Positions 10,001 through 17,837 of a stretch of DNA of 33,339 bases are shown one piece after another. The DNA comes from a virus. Lineage: Duplodnaviria > Caudoviricetes. The notes under the pieces are model-generated. The model saw only the letters and a list, made by a program, of their open reading frames with translations. It made no database searches and was not told the DNA's origin. The stretch lies in IMG/VR virus record IMGVR_UViG_3300017956_003412, positions 1-33,339 of that record; one strand, written 5' to 3'. A program made the translations under genes and the position numbers. Position 1 is the stretch's first letter. Each line of letters opens with the position of its first letter.

Positions 10001-10984
10001 TTTTGCATTAACAATTGAAACTCTAGCTGCTTGAAGTTCAGAACTTGCCCAGCCAGTTGAAGGTGCAACTTTTGTAGGTAGAGCACCTGTTCCATTTTCT
10101 ACAACGTCAGCCACTATATCAATTAAGTTTGCAGCAGCAGTTCCAATTGTTGCTGTTACTGTTCCACCTGTTAAATTTTGTGTTTCAGTATTACCTGAAG
10201 ACGGAGTAATTGATTGTCCTCTTACAATTTCGTCTATAATATTTTGTAGTCGTCTATATGCTGCAACTGTTTGTGCTTGATGTTCGGCTGTAATTCCTGT
10301 GTTACCTTGTGCAGAATAGTAATTGAAGAATTTTGCACTATCGTAACTAGCACTATTTCCTGTGTAAATTATATCGTAAGCAGCAGCCCATAGTGCATAT
10401 TTAACATCACGAGAACATTTATCAACATCATGATTATGATTTGGATAGTTGTTGTCCATCCAGGCATTTATTTCAGCTTGTAAAAATGTAATGTTATTTA
10501 AAATTCTATTCTTAGCATCTATTCTTTCTTGTGTAGCATTTGTAGGATTTGGTAAATTTAGTGGACTAGCAACATCTCTTCCATTTCTAGAAATATTTAC
10601 AAGCTCAGTCCAAAAAGTTTGACTTCTAGTAGTTGCTGTTGCGTCACCTGAAACGGCAGACAGTGCGTCGATAGCAGTTTGTGTTCTTGTAAAAGTTCTA
10701 AATACAGTTTCTGACAGATCTAAACTATTAACTTCTGTAAGACCTAAAAATATTGCATTATAGTTAGTTCCTAATGCAATGTCATATGCTAGACCGTCAA
10801 TTATATATCCTATATCACGTTTACATTTTACAGCATCAATTACTTCTTGTGCAATATATGCTGTTGTTTCTGATTGAATAAATTGTTTATTTTGTTCAAG
10901 TAATGAATAAGCATTAGGATAAAGATTTCCTGTTCTGCTCATTCCGGGTTTGAATACATAATTTTTTACTAGTGTCTTTGCCAT
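4010..10984 (-). CDS. Very large modular virion structural protein (2324 aa; baseplate/fibre-associated)
   Basis: Uninterrupted ORF, Gly/Thr/Ser/Asn-rich. Three KCxRD helical modules at the N-terminus, five ~90-aa beta repeats in the middle, and a dockerin-like motif. Confidence 0.8.
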   Translation of the reverse strand: MAKTLVKNYVFKPGMSRTGNLYPNAYSLLEQNKQFIQSETTAYIAQEVIDAVKCKRDIGYIIDGLAYDIALGTNYNAIFLGLTEVNSLDLSETVFRTFTRTQTAIDALSAVSGDATATTRSQTFWTELVNISRNGRDVASPLNLPNPTNATQERIDAKNRILNNITFLQAEINAWMDNNYPNHNHDVDKCSRDVKYALWAAAYDIIYTGNSASYDSAKFFNYYSAQGNTGITAEHQAQTVAAYRRLQNIIDEIVRGQSITPSSGNTETQNLTGGTVTATIGTAAANLIDIVADVVENGTGALPTKVAPSTGWASSELQAARVSIVNAKNSIIDDVTWDENYTYNQAKCERDVGYVIDAYLNDLRYDGNYKLYNTVKYYWDNGVAQVDGNRLPEIDTHAFIGELIDDYILTNTAYSALGAVSQVIDTTKTAETAAATKLQTLVNQTIAVITNGISAFGTIEENTVGYVKIQGKYDLNELLLITNVTTNDILFNFSDIDAGGLGEIHDYGADEDFVSYLQTTDGTTKIYLTFDTSSHSETDSIQIFVEKTENGKSQVIVRPYDFGTDAIERHRMAAPLSMLDADFEYGLQPTKWSAIGMMRGYPSIYEIPGTDTEVLSVTTDASTGTNGVGASLITVTTVGAHSFSVGTPITIKALETSVSGSARAEGSFVIINVPDNKSFQFYAKSKVGTTSGEELAAGYTQLREGGFYTGAGIEGAEFTVVSNGSAGTMVTQLQVPSGSNTVPFDGNAPEIGSPLTNALIPTGSQVTNVISNSAGGGEYLTLNIGTNASAGDTSLTLFDATGVEENLALDRGDGQAVFIDTVIGSTINLSGQLQQNVVSNSRTYANVTANIIQPSGVGLILTINRSGGSYTIGSIQLAGLGFEVNDQIRVNGSDLGGVDVTNDFIGTVSGVNANGGVTSITPSGTAVNGTATYTGVVSQPQFGNGIDARFDVTVTNGAYTAATPPAADISQGFVVNDRIIIPGNQLGGVAGTNDLTVKVTGIEPGPNSEPGNIATVTVEGGTPADVDEIYPLVPYTTNSVSGGGAVIDVRRVGTVYSVIVTNGGTNFAINDTITVLGTDLGGASPTNDLDINVDNIGASGEITATSVTGIAVNSGSYDAADGNVVVGSGALFDVAMAGGVYTVTLNAGGLNYYPDQELKIRGNILQGTTPTNDITITINSINATGTIQTFTATGTASNGTESYVDVEPINVNKDGSGATFDISRTGGTYTDIGDIDTGSNYEIGDKLKILGSDLDGATPEHDIIIEVTGVDPSNSNALTTFTTSFDGAEPGTQIPLYSTFTMTENTTAIIPVNDTITFSALATLEAVFPNAHGLVPGDTFIVATRSDTGTNNHNLADGAFLALSVPTTSSLRYNARAAGTISTATEDISGTIYARPDSFFVHRPFDGGVQLGTGGPQHGAQAIRQSKKYIRYQSGKGIMYTTGALFAPSYDLRSVTADGTEVGSVITVTTDDNDHGVQAGGIIRLLGIETPGYNSGKGNSTPPWFDYAVSEVIDERTFRIQAQRRLGDTTELVLTPTPSTCPFIVAMQEAQAGDNTNDFHAFFQETAQDGYVWGDVNQSGSFTIDDITEVQNYLNSGNGSSQAITDRIALMFAEAKSRRNTGAIEDIVGAYIQEADIGFGSQMSVVNWHGATVRSGIFDDQNGIFWEFDGTNISVVQRTGTQQIAGTIAIDSDSNLVTGTNTRFRDQLTAGDRIIIRGMTHVVTHVDSQSTMTVAPDFRGVNNISGAKINLVVDKKVKQEDFNLDTLDGNGPSGYDIDIAKMQMIGIQFSWYGAGFIDYMLRGSDGNFVFCHRMRNSNINTEAFMRSGNLPVRYEVTNEGPPGKLAVGIDNSQTTLELVDGSFFPTYGTIYVDNEIMRFTGRSGNTLTGLSRGSSLTNFQAGAERTYFAGAASPHTAKTGVILISSTITPLISHWGSAFLTDGGFDEDRGYIFSYNEPNIEITQTRQTAFMIRLAPSVSNAVIGDLGERELLNRAQLLLQGLEVTSDGYDGSNNPINGGIVVEGILNPQNYPLNPSDVGWSGLSSLAQGGQPSFAQVAAGGSVVWSTGQAAVTATATAIPTTNVDLTVYDRYVYYGNEIRISKSQYASTGPVAIGSHVSVTNTAGGFGTTNSIYATVISVEERKDYYRIRTSTTYSGYIREGGTVRFTVGETLTNRNYGEFTATSVDAAGVTNGTSVTSGGSVSFPAGTLVSNLATYTHGSLSYYRITFNNTYSGTLTQGSGTVGFEFVQPPYAQPGETIFSFVAVPGERSQIDFSELKELTNTPLGGRGTFPNGPDVLAINIYKPTGSSTTGNLVLKWGEAQA
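7130..8430 (-). repeat. Five tandem ~90-100 aa protein repeats in the 2324-aa gene
   Basis: Recurring G.GA.FDV...GG.Y...G..(Y/F)...D.I.I.G..L.G..P.ND..I.V, e.g. GSDLGGVDVTND, GNQLGGVAGTND, GTDLGGASPTND, GNILQGTTPTND, GSDLDGATPEHD. Boundaries approximate. Confidence 0.8.
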
Positions 10985-10987
10985 TTC

Positions 10988-11914
10988 TTATAATCCAAAT
11001 GCTATTGCCAATGCTGTTGCAGTCTTATCGACATATCTTCTATTTGTAACATCATTTTTAGTTACTGGTTTATCTATAACCGAAGCCGATGTAAAAGCTG
11101 CGGTGGACGGAGTAGTTTGACCAATTGTTGTGCTATCAATAGTGCTTGTTTCAATAGTACTGTTATTTATAGGTATCGCTAATCCAGTACTGTCAATTTG
11201 TCCTAAATAAGTTCTATTGTTTTTTATTACTATTCTATTTGCAGCATCAATTTCTAAATTAGTAGTTGACGAAAGACTGCTAATACCAACTCCGTTAACA
11301 TCAATGCCGTTTGTAGCTACATAACCTTCTACAAATAAATTTTCTCCTATGCCAACGCCACCTGCAACTGTTAATGCTCCGGTAGACGGACTTGTAGATC
11401 CTGTAGTACTTGTAACATCAATCTCGCCAAACAAACCGTTTGGGTCTGTTATTAAGATTGTACCTATAATTCCGCTTGCAAAATCTCCGTAATAAAGAGT
11501 ATCAGGAGCAGTAGAAGAAATTGTAATAAGTAAAGATCCTGATTGTTTTCCTTGGGCTTCGTTTTCTTCAGTAACTGTTCCGTCTGTTGCAGTGTGTGTT
11601 AAGCCATCGTTGTAAAGAGTTCCTGATAAATTGCTGTATATATTAAAGTTATACAGATCTAAATCTAAATTAAATGTGTATCTTGTGTTTCTTTTTAAAT
11701 TTAATGATTCGTTTTGGGTTGTACCATTGTTAACAACATAATATCCAGTTTCGTCTGTAAAAGAATAGTCAGATGCGCCAGTTCCCCCAGTGCCGCCTCC
11801 GCCTGCACCAGATGCAATAATACTTGTTGCAACAATGTTTCCTTGACTGTCGACTTCAAATCCTGGACTTTTAAATCCGTATTGTGACTGAAAAGGTTTG
11901 TTAACTACTGGCAT
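10988..11914 (-). CDS. Virion structural / fibre-like protein
   Basis: STSPSTGALTVAGGVGIGENLFV fibre-type motif; C-terminal TNRRYVD...ALAIAFGL. ATG at 11914 lies 6 nt after GGAG. Confidence 0.75.
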   Translation of the reverse strand: MPVVNKPFQSQYGFKSPGFEVDSQGNIVATSIIASGAGGGGTGGTGASDYSFTDETGYYVVNNGTTQNESLNLKRNTRYTFNLDLDLYNFNIYSNLSGTLYNDGLTHTATDGTVTEENEAQGKQSGSLLITISSTAPDTLYYGDFASGIIGTILITDPNGLFGEIDVTSTTGSTSPSTGALTVAGGVGIGENLFVEGYVATNGIDVNGVGISSLSSTTNLEIDAANRIVIKNNRTYLGQIDSTGLAIPINNSTIETSTIDSTTIGQTTPSTAAFTSASVIDKPVTKNDVTNRRYVDKTATALAIAFGL

Positions 11915-11934
11915 CAATATCTCCGCGTTTAGTA

Positions 11935-11941
11935 TATTTAT
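11935..11941 (-). promoter_or_regulatory. T4-late-like promoter motif ATAAATA
   Basis: cATAAATA in the short intergenic gap upstream of the 309-aa structural gene; T4 late consensus is TATAAATA. Confidence 0.55.
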
Positions 11942-11949
11942 GCAAAATA

Positions 11950-12342
11950 TTAATCCGAAAGATTTTGATAATATGTTGCGCTAAACATTGCTCTTGCACC
12001 TGCTTTAGAGGGCTGAGCCGGACTCACAAGCAGTTTGAATGTAGATAAATTAACTTCGGCTGTAACAGTTATTAAGTCATCTCCTGTGTTTGATCTAGCA
12101 AAAACAGTTATGCCTGCATCATTTGGAGATGCAACTACTATTGCTTTTACAACTTCTTTGTCGGCTCTATTATGATCAACAACAATGGTATACTCAGCAC
12201 TAGCAAAATCGCCAACATGCCACTCATCTAAAACAGTATTGCTATAAACTTGTTTCCAGTTATTTTTATATGAAAACTGAGTGTTGTTAGTTAGTCTTAG
12301 TGTTCCGTGAAATCCTTTAGTAAAGAAATTTTTAAAGTCCAT
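11950..12342 (-). CDS. Small beta-rich phage protein, likely structural
   Basis: 130-aa ORF with an AGGA ribosome-binding site; LDEW...FASAEYTIVV resembles fibre C-terminal modules. Confidence 0.7.
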   Translation of the reverse strand: MDFKNFFTKGFHGTLRLTNNTQFSYKNNWKQVYSNTVLDEWHVGDFASAEYTIVVDHNRADKEVVKAIVVASPNDAGITVFARSNTGDDLITVTAEVNLSTFKLLVSPAQPSKAGARAMFSATYYQNLSD

Positions 12343-12395
12343 TGAATTTTCCTACAGTCATTTATATAATTATTTATCGTAAAAATTTATAAGTA
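12342..12395. promoter_or_regulatory. Divergent promoter region
   Basis: + strand TTGAAT(12342-12347)-N17-TATAAT(12365-12370) and TATAAGTA(12388-12395); - strand ATAAATA(12377-12371). Confidence 0.55.
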
Positions 12396-12414
12396 AATGC
12401 ATACGGAGATCTGA

Positions 12415-13140
12415 ATGTTTTTTAAAAAACCAATAAAATTAACAGCATACACACATGATTTAAGTGTTTATAACAACTGTCAGTTAAACTATGGAGACAA
12501 ATTACCTAAGCCTTCTTTTTTAAAAAATATGCAAACTGCTATTAAAACATGGAATGAAAGAATTGGCCTTTTTGATAAGGTAGGTACAGTAGCAGTATGT
12601 CCAGGCGTAAGAGAATTTCTTTCAAAGCCAATACATCTTAACATGTGGGCAGAAGTTGATATTAGAATTAATCCCGACGGATCTTGGAGTAGTACATGTC
12701 AATCTAGACCAGAACTAGGAACTGAAATTTCTCAACACCACGAAGATCAATGGAGGGGGATGTATCCCGGAAAGCGCATAGCTTTAAAATTGTCAAATCC
12801 TTGGAAGTTGGTATCAACGGATGACATTTATTATGTGTTTACTGAATCTCATTATAGTACAAGCTATTTTAGAGAAAAGGGTATCTGGATATCTCCCGGT
12901 GTTACTAGTTTTAAGTGGCAACATGCTACTAACATACATTTAAATTGTCCTGTTAAAGACGAACCATATGTTATAACATTAAAACACGGTATGCCTCTTG
13001 TATCATTATTTCCTTTGACGGAAAGAAATGTAGATTTAAAATGTAAAAAAGTAGATTATAATACATGGGGCGAAATAGGAGAACATTTTCCTAGAGTACC
13101 AGTCGGAAAATATTTTAAACAGGCCGGATATAAAAAATGA
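12415..13140 (+). CDS. Hypothetical 'CP'-motif protein, possible dUTPase-like beta fold
   Basis: GGAG ribosome-binding site; TVAVCPGVREFL, ISPG and ITLKHGMPLVSLFP. Fold is inference. Confidence 0.7.
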   Translation: MFFKKPIKLTAYTHDLSVYNNCQLNYGDKLPKPSFLKNMQTAIKTWNERIGLFDKVGTVAVCPGVREFLSKPIHLNMWAEVDIRINPDGSWSSTCQSRPELGTEISQHHEDQWRGMYPGKRIALKLSNPWKLVSTDDIYYVFTESHYSTSYFREKGIWISPGVTSFKWQHATNIHLNCPVKDEPYVITLKHGMPLVSLFPLTERNVDLKCKKVDYNTWGEIGEHFPRVPVGKYFKQAGYKK

Positions 13141-13856
13141 AGACAGTTTATTGGGCACCGTGGGACTTCAAAGACATGTACACTGAAATGTTTTTAGCAT
13201 ACAGTGATCCTGTAAATGTTTTTCATGACCTAAGTAAAAAAATTAACAAAGAAAATAAAATGGATAATTTTTTAAACTGTCCGGCTTTTGTAAACGTGTC
13301 TAAAAATACATTTATGTTTACTAGTCCTACTAATGTTGATTTAACATTTTTAGATGATCGTATTAGGAATAATATGTCTGAACATATTCCTTTTAACCAA
13401 AAAACATTTATATATAAATCTCCTTCGTTATTAAATGCACGAACAGTTAGACTAGCAGCAAACTGGATATTTTTTAGTGAAGATGATTTGTTTATTGAGT
13501 CTATGCACCCTTACATGCATGAAACTTCTGTAACTAACTATGGATTTTATGTTCCAGGATCATTTAATATTAGTAAATGGTTTAGGCCGCTTGAATATGC
13601 GTTTCAAATGAAAGAAGGATGTAACGAATTTAAAGTTTCACAAGGCGACCCTTTATTATACGTTAAATTTAATACAGATGAAAAAATTGAACTAAAAAAG
13701 TTTAATTTATCTGATAAACTATTTGATATGTCAATGAGCTGTGTTCGATTAAAATCTTATTGGCGACAACGTCAGTTATCAAAATTATATGACATCTTTA
13801 TTCAATCTAAAATGAAGAAAAATATATTAAATGAAATAAAAAATAACTTAATGTAG
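13137..13856 (+). CDS. Hypothetical 'CP'-motif protein, distant relative of the preceding gene
   Basis: ATGA overlap; FLNCPAF, YVPGSFNISKWFRP and KVSQGDPLLYVKF. Confidence 0.7.
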   Translation: MKTVYWAPWDFKDMYTEMFLAYSDPVNVFHDLSKKINKENKMDNFLNCPAFVNVSKNTFMFTSPTNVDLTFLDDRIRNNMSEHIPFNQKTFIYKSPSLLNARTVRLAANWIFFSEDDLFIESMHPYMHETSVTNYGFYVPGSFNISKWFRPLEYAFQMKEGCNEFKVSQGDPLLYVKFNTDEKIELKKFNLSDKLFDMSMSCVRLKSYWRQRQLSKLYDIFIQSKMKKNILNEIKNNLM

Positions 13857-13863
13857 GTATCAA

Positions 13864-14436
13864 ATGGCATATGAACAACTCTTTCCAACTATCATTTATA
13901 GAAATATTATTGAAGAAAATCTTCGTTTAGAATTATTAGATCTATGTAATTTTTATGTTAATCAAACAGACGAGACTCTTTTAAATATTAAAAATTTTAA
14001 AAGCACACTTCATGCAGAAACTAATTTAAAAGATGAAGTTAATTCTCATCCAACAGTTATTAAAACATTTGATATTATTAAACAATCAATAAAAGAATTA
14101 TTGACTGCTAGAAGACAGCCTTATTTTGAGGAAGATTTATCTCCTTTTGGATTTTTTAGTGATATGCACAAAGGCGCATATTTGAGAAAACATGCACACA
14201 GAGATTGTATGTTTAGTGGCATAATATATTTAGAAATAGGAGATGATGTACCTCCATTAGTATTTCATGATCCAAGACCGTTTACAAATTTTGAGCCTAC
14301 TAGATATCAAACTATTCCGGTTATTCCAGTTTATCCTCAGGAAGGATCAATACTTATATGGGATCACTGGTTAGAACACGAAGTTTATCAAAAAGAAAAC
14401 GATAACCCAAGAAAATCGTTTACATTTAATATTTAG
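13864..14436 (+). CDS. Putative 2OG-Fe(II) oxygenase (TIGR02466-like)
   Basis: LFPT start, HAHRDCMFSGIIYL, FHDPRP, WLEHEV and RKSFTFNI. Confidence 0.82.
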   Translation: MAYEQLFPTIIYRNIIEENLRLELLDLCNFYVNQTDETLLNIKNFKSTLHAETNLKDEVNSHPTVIKTFDIIKQSIKELLTARRQPYFEEDLSPFGFFSDMHKGAYLRKHAHRDCMFSGIIYLEIGDDVPPLVFHDPRPFTNFEPTRYQTIPVIPVYPQEGSILIWDHWLEHEVYQKENDNPRKSFTFNI

Positions 14437-14444
14437 GAAAATTA

Positions 14445-15041
14445 ATGGACAAAGGCTTTAAAGAAACATTATTATGGTTAGAAGTTCCAATACATATGTG
14501 GGAATTTACTTTAGAAGATAATGACGAATATAAAGTACAAGATTTACATTCTGAAGTTGAACAAATAATTAGAGATGTTGGAGACGTTAGAAAAAAAGAA
14601 ACTAATGTTAAGGCCCATATGACTAGTTGGTTAATGACCGAATATAAACCATTTAAGTACATTTGTGATCACGTTGAGAAAGTTATACAAGACTGGCATC
14701 GAGAAAAAACAGACCTTGAGTTAAAAACTTTTATGACAACATGTTGGGGTGCTATCTATAAGCGAGGAGATTATAGTGAGCTTCATGCACATGTTCCTGC
14801 ACTTTATAGTTGGGTTTATTACGTTAAAGCTGACGAAGAAGCAGCTTCATTAAACTTTCCTAATAAACCTGGCATACAATACAAGCCAACTCCTGGTACT
14901 GGTATAATTTTTCCTGGATGGCTTGCACACGAAGTCCCAACTCACAACAGCGATAACGAACGTATTATAGTCGTAGGTAATGTCGAAGGAACTGGTGCGG
15001 TAAGTTATCCTCAACGCACCTTTACTAATGTTACAGGTTAG
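14445..15041 (+). CDS. Putative 2OG-Fe(II) oxygenase (TIGR02466-like)
   Basis: HAHVPALYSWVYYV, IIFPGWLAHEV and RIIVVGN; AGGA ribosome-binding site. Confidence 0.82.
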   Translation: MDKGFKETLLWLEVPIHMWEFTLEDNDEYKVQDLHSEVEQIIRDVGDVRKKETNVKAHMTSWLMTEYKPFKYICDHVEKVIQDWHREKTDLELKTFMTTCWGAIYKRGDYSELHAHVPALYSWVYYVKADEEAASLNFPNKPGIQYKPTPGTGIIFPGWLAHEVPTHNSDNERIIVVGNVEGTGAVSYPQRTFTNVTG

Positions 15042-16843
15042 TTTTTAAACGTAATTAATTTATTATACTCAGGTAGGTATAGATATTCAATTTCGCTATT
15101 AGCTAATGTTCTAATAGCATCGTCTAATGTTTCTACTAATGGTTCACCGCCTAAGTTAAAACTAGTATTAAAAATAATCGGAACACCTGTACGATCTTTA
15201 AATGTTTTAATTAAATTATAATAATTAGGATTAGATTCTTTTGTTACTGTTTGTATACGACAAGTACCATCTACGTGAATAATTGAAGGAATTTTTTCTT
15301 TAACTCCTTCTTTACAATTTACAGCATACATCATATATGGAGTGTCATCCATTCCTCGTAAATCAAACCAATCGTGTACGTCATCCTGTAAAATAGATCC
15401 TGCAAATGGTCTAAAATACTCTCTACGCTTTACTTTATTAACATGATCTTTACCGTTAGGATCAGTTGGATCATATAGTATACTTCTATTACCTAATGCT
15501 CGAGGACCTGCTTCTGAACGTCCTTGAAAACAAGCAACAATATTTTTTGAAGTGATTAAATCAATAATGTCTTCGTTTGTAGCATCTGAAACTTCTGCAT
15601 TATATTTTTCTGCTGTTTTAATAATCTCTTCGTTTGAATAATCATATTCAAAACCAAGATATAATCCGTCTGTTGAATGATCAACTGTTTCGTGTTCAGA
15701 TACATCTTTGTAAACTAATATAGCTGCACCAATTGCAGTTCCTGCATCATTACTAATTGGCTCAACATAAAAGTTAATTCCTTCATCTTTTAGTTGTTCT
15801 AAGTAATAATAATTTGCAACACAATTTAATCCGTAACCTCCAGAAAAGACAACATTTTTACACCCACTATCTTTAACTGCTTTTCTTATAAGATCTAATG
15901 ATGCTTTTTGCGTTTGTGTTTGTAATGCATATGCTAAGTCTCTTCTATTTTCTAAATGAGTTAGATTTTCGCCTTCATTAACTACGTGATTATTAAAGTA
16001 TTTGTAATCAGCATGATTTATATATGCGCCATTTGGATATGTGGGTTTTATGAAATTTCTGTTAGATAATCCAGTCATGCTATTTTTATCAAACAATGGC
16101 GGGATTTCATCATTTTCTTTACCATAAGGAAAAAGTCCCATAGTTTTTCCGGCTTCGATAAAATCAAATCCACAGAATTCAGTTACTGCTTCATATGTTT
16201 TAACTATTCCGGCATGATCGCTCAAAATACATTCAAACTGAGATTCTAATCCTTCAAAAAATTGCTCGCCGCTTTGCATTTTATGAATAGTTGGCATTGG
16301 ATCTGTACATCCAACATGCTTATATAAGGTTGTAAATGCATTAGGATACTCACATTTATAAATACTTTCTGTTTCCCATCCTCTAGCTGCATGACGTTCG
16401 TTTACCGGAAACGACATGACGGAGCCTGCTCCGTCAATAACAACTGCTACAGCTTCTTCAAAACCTGATCTATAAAATGCACATGCTGCATGTAATTTAT
16501 GATGAATATTTCCAAGATTTACAACTTGACTATGCTCAGTTGCTGATATTTGATTTTTATGATCAAGTAGTCCTAGTTTTAAAGCAAATGCTGTGTATAT
16601 GTCTACTCCTGAAAAATCTGCTATTACTGACTTAGTATCTAATGTAGTATGTGCAATTACTAAGAAATCTATTTTATCAGTATATTCTTTAATTTTATTC
16701 ATTGTAAGTAGAGGAGTACCGTCATACTTATGTCGGCTTAGCCGCTCTTCTTCGATTGCAAAAATTACTTTACCGTTTTTTAAAAGGCAGACTCCTGCAT
16801 TATGACCTCTAGTTATTCCAGCAATCCAAATATCTTTTTTCAT
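15038..16843 (-). CDS. O-carbamoyltransferase, NodU/CmcH/TobZ family
   Basis: EEERLSRHK, HHKLHAACAFY, VIDGAG, AGKTMGL, SGGYGLNCVAN, DAGTAIGAA, GRSEAGPRALGNRSIL, KRREYFRPFA, HVDGTCRIQTV and NTSFN. Confidence 0.93.
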   Translation of the reverse strand: MKKDIWIAGITRGHNAGVCLLKNGKVIFAIEEERLSRHKYDGTPLLTMNKIKEYTDKIDFLVIAHTTLDTKSVIADFSGVDIYTAFALKLGLLDHKNQISATEHSQVVNLGNIHHKLHAACAFYRSGFEEAVAVVIDGAGSVMSFPVNERHAARGWETESIYKCEYPNAFTTLYKHVGCTDPMPTIHKMQSGEQFFEGLESQFECILSDHAGIVKTYEAVTEFCGFDFIEAGKTMGLFPYGKENDEIPPLFDKNSMTGLSNRNFIKPTYPNGAYINHADYKYFNNHVVNEGENLTHLENRRDLAYALQTQTQKASLDLIRKAVKDSGCKNVVFSGGYGLNCVANYYYLEQLKDEGINFYVEPISNDAGTAIGAAILVYKDVSEHETVDHSTDGLYLGFEYDYSNEEIIKTAEKYNAEVSDATNEDIIDLITSKNIVACFQGRSEAGPRALGNRSILYDPTDPNGKDHVNKVKRREYFRPFAGSILQDDVHDWFDLRGMDDTPYMMYAVNCKEGVKEKIPSIIHVDGTCRIQTVTKESNPNYYNLIKTFKDRTGVPIIFNTSFNLGGEPLVETLDDAIRTLANSEIEYLYLPEYNKLITFKN

Positions 16844-16845
16844 AG

Positions 16846-17766
16846 TTATACTTTATCCTCAATATCTTTAATAATTTTTTTAATGATATCATTTATTTCA
16901 TCGTCAGTAAAATCCATACAAGTGTCATTTACTCTATTAGTTATATCGCCATCGACTCCTCGTTCACCGATTCGTATCGGAAAATATCTAATTTCAGTGT
17001 TTGGTTTTCGTAGTATTTGAAAATAATCTTTATAAGAAGTATTTTCTGCAAAAGTACTTCCTAAGATTACAGTTCCAGGTTTGTCAAAGGCTTTTGCCAT
17101 ATGTTGTCCAACACTATCACATCCAATAAAATAATCACACGCTTCGATAATTGCAGCCCATTGTCTTAAACTTGTTTGAACTTTAAACGTAGTATCATCT
17201 ACTTCGTTATTTTCTCCCATGTAAATAACATTATATTTTTTATGCAATTCGTCAATGATTTTTTTGTATGATGAAAGAGTTAAAGATCTACTCATTACAT
17301 CAATTACTTCATTGTGTTTAGGCTCAGCTGATCTGCCAAACGGTTGTATTACAATTGTTTTTTCTTTACCTTGATGTTTTTTTGCATTAACTATAGCATC
17401 AAGTGCATTAATTTCTTCTTGCTTGTTTAAAACAATTTTTATATTTTCTAAATCAGTGTGATCCTCGGACCCATTTATTAGATAATCAAATGCTTCTATT
17501 AAATGCCTTTTTTGATTATAGTAACCATGATCTCTATACGGTTCTGGAGAAATTAATTCGTTAGGTTTTATGTAATCTTCAAAAACACCTTTGTGTTCAG
17601 GAGTAAATGTTAAATCTTGTAATTCTGGAATACCTACAAAAAAATCTAAACCACTTTCGGTAAAGATGTAAAAATTAGGACCATTATTTTTATAATATTT
17701 TAAAAGTGCTGGTATAGCACAAAGTACTCTTCCGGCTCCGCCATTAATAGCAAAAACTTTTTTCAT
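16846..17766 (-). CDS. Glycosyltransferase, GT9 / ADP-heptose heptosyltransferase-like (GT-B fold)
   Basis: N-terminal GAGRVLCAIPAL (compare WaaC SMGDVLHTLPAL), IVIQPFG, and LRQWAAIIEACDYFIGCDSVGQHMAKAFDKPGTVILG. Confidence 0.8.
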   Translation of the reverse strand: MKKVFAINGGAGRVLCAIPALLKYYKNNGPNFYIFTESGLDFFVGIPELQDLTFTPEHKGVFEDYIKPNELISPEPYRDHGYYNQKRHLIEAFDYLINGSEDHTDLENIKIVLNKQEEINALDAIVNAKKHQGKEKTIVIQPFGRSAEPKHNEVIDVMSRSLTLSSYKKIIDELHKKYNVIYMGENNEVDDTTFKVQTSLRQWAAIIEACDYFIGCDSVGQHMAKAFDKPGTVILGSTFAENTSYKDYFQILRKPNTEIRYFPIRIGERGVDGDITNRVNDTCMDFTDDEINDIIKKIIKDIEDKV

Positions 17767-17771
17767 GAAAA

Positions 17772-17825
17772 AACCTATCTAACTAGTTCTATACATTTAG
17801 TTATGCTAAGATAGTTAGATAGGTT
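17772..17825. repeat. Perfect 14-bp inverted repeat with 26-nt spacer, just upstream of the GT9 start
   Basis: AACCTATCTAACTA (17772-17785) and TAGTTAGATAGGTT (17812-17825). Confidence 0.9.
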
Positions 17826-17837
17826 ATAGGTTTTGGC

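Noticed and set aside
4010-10984. Intein or intron explaining the very long ORFs or the inserts
   Set aside because: No C/S...HN-C/S/T splice motifs, LAGLIDADG/HNH motifs or frame interruptions were recognised.
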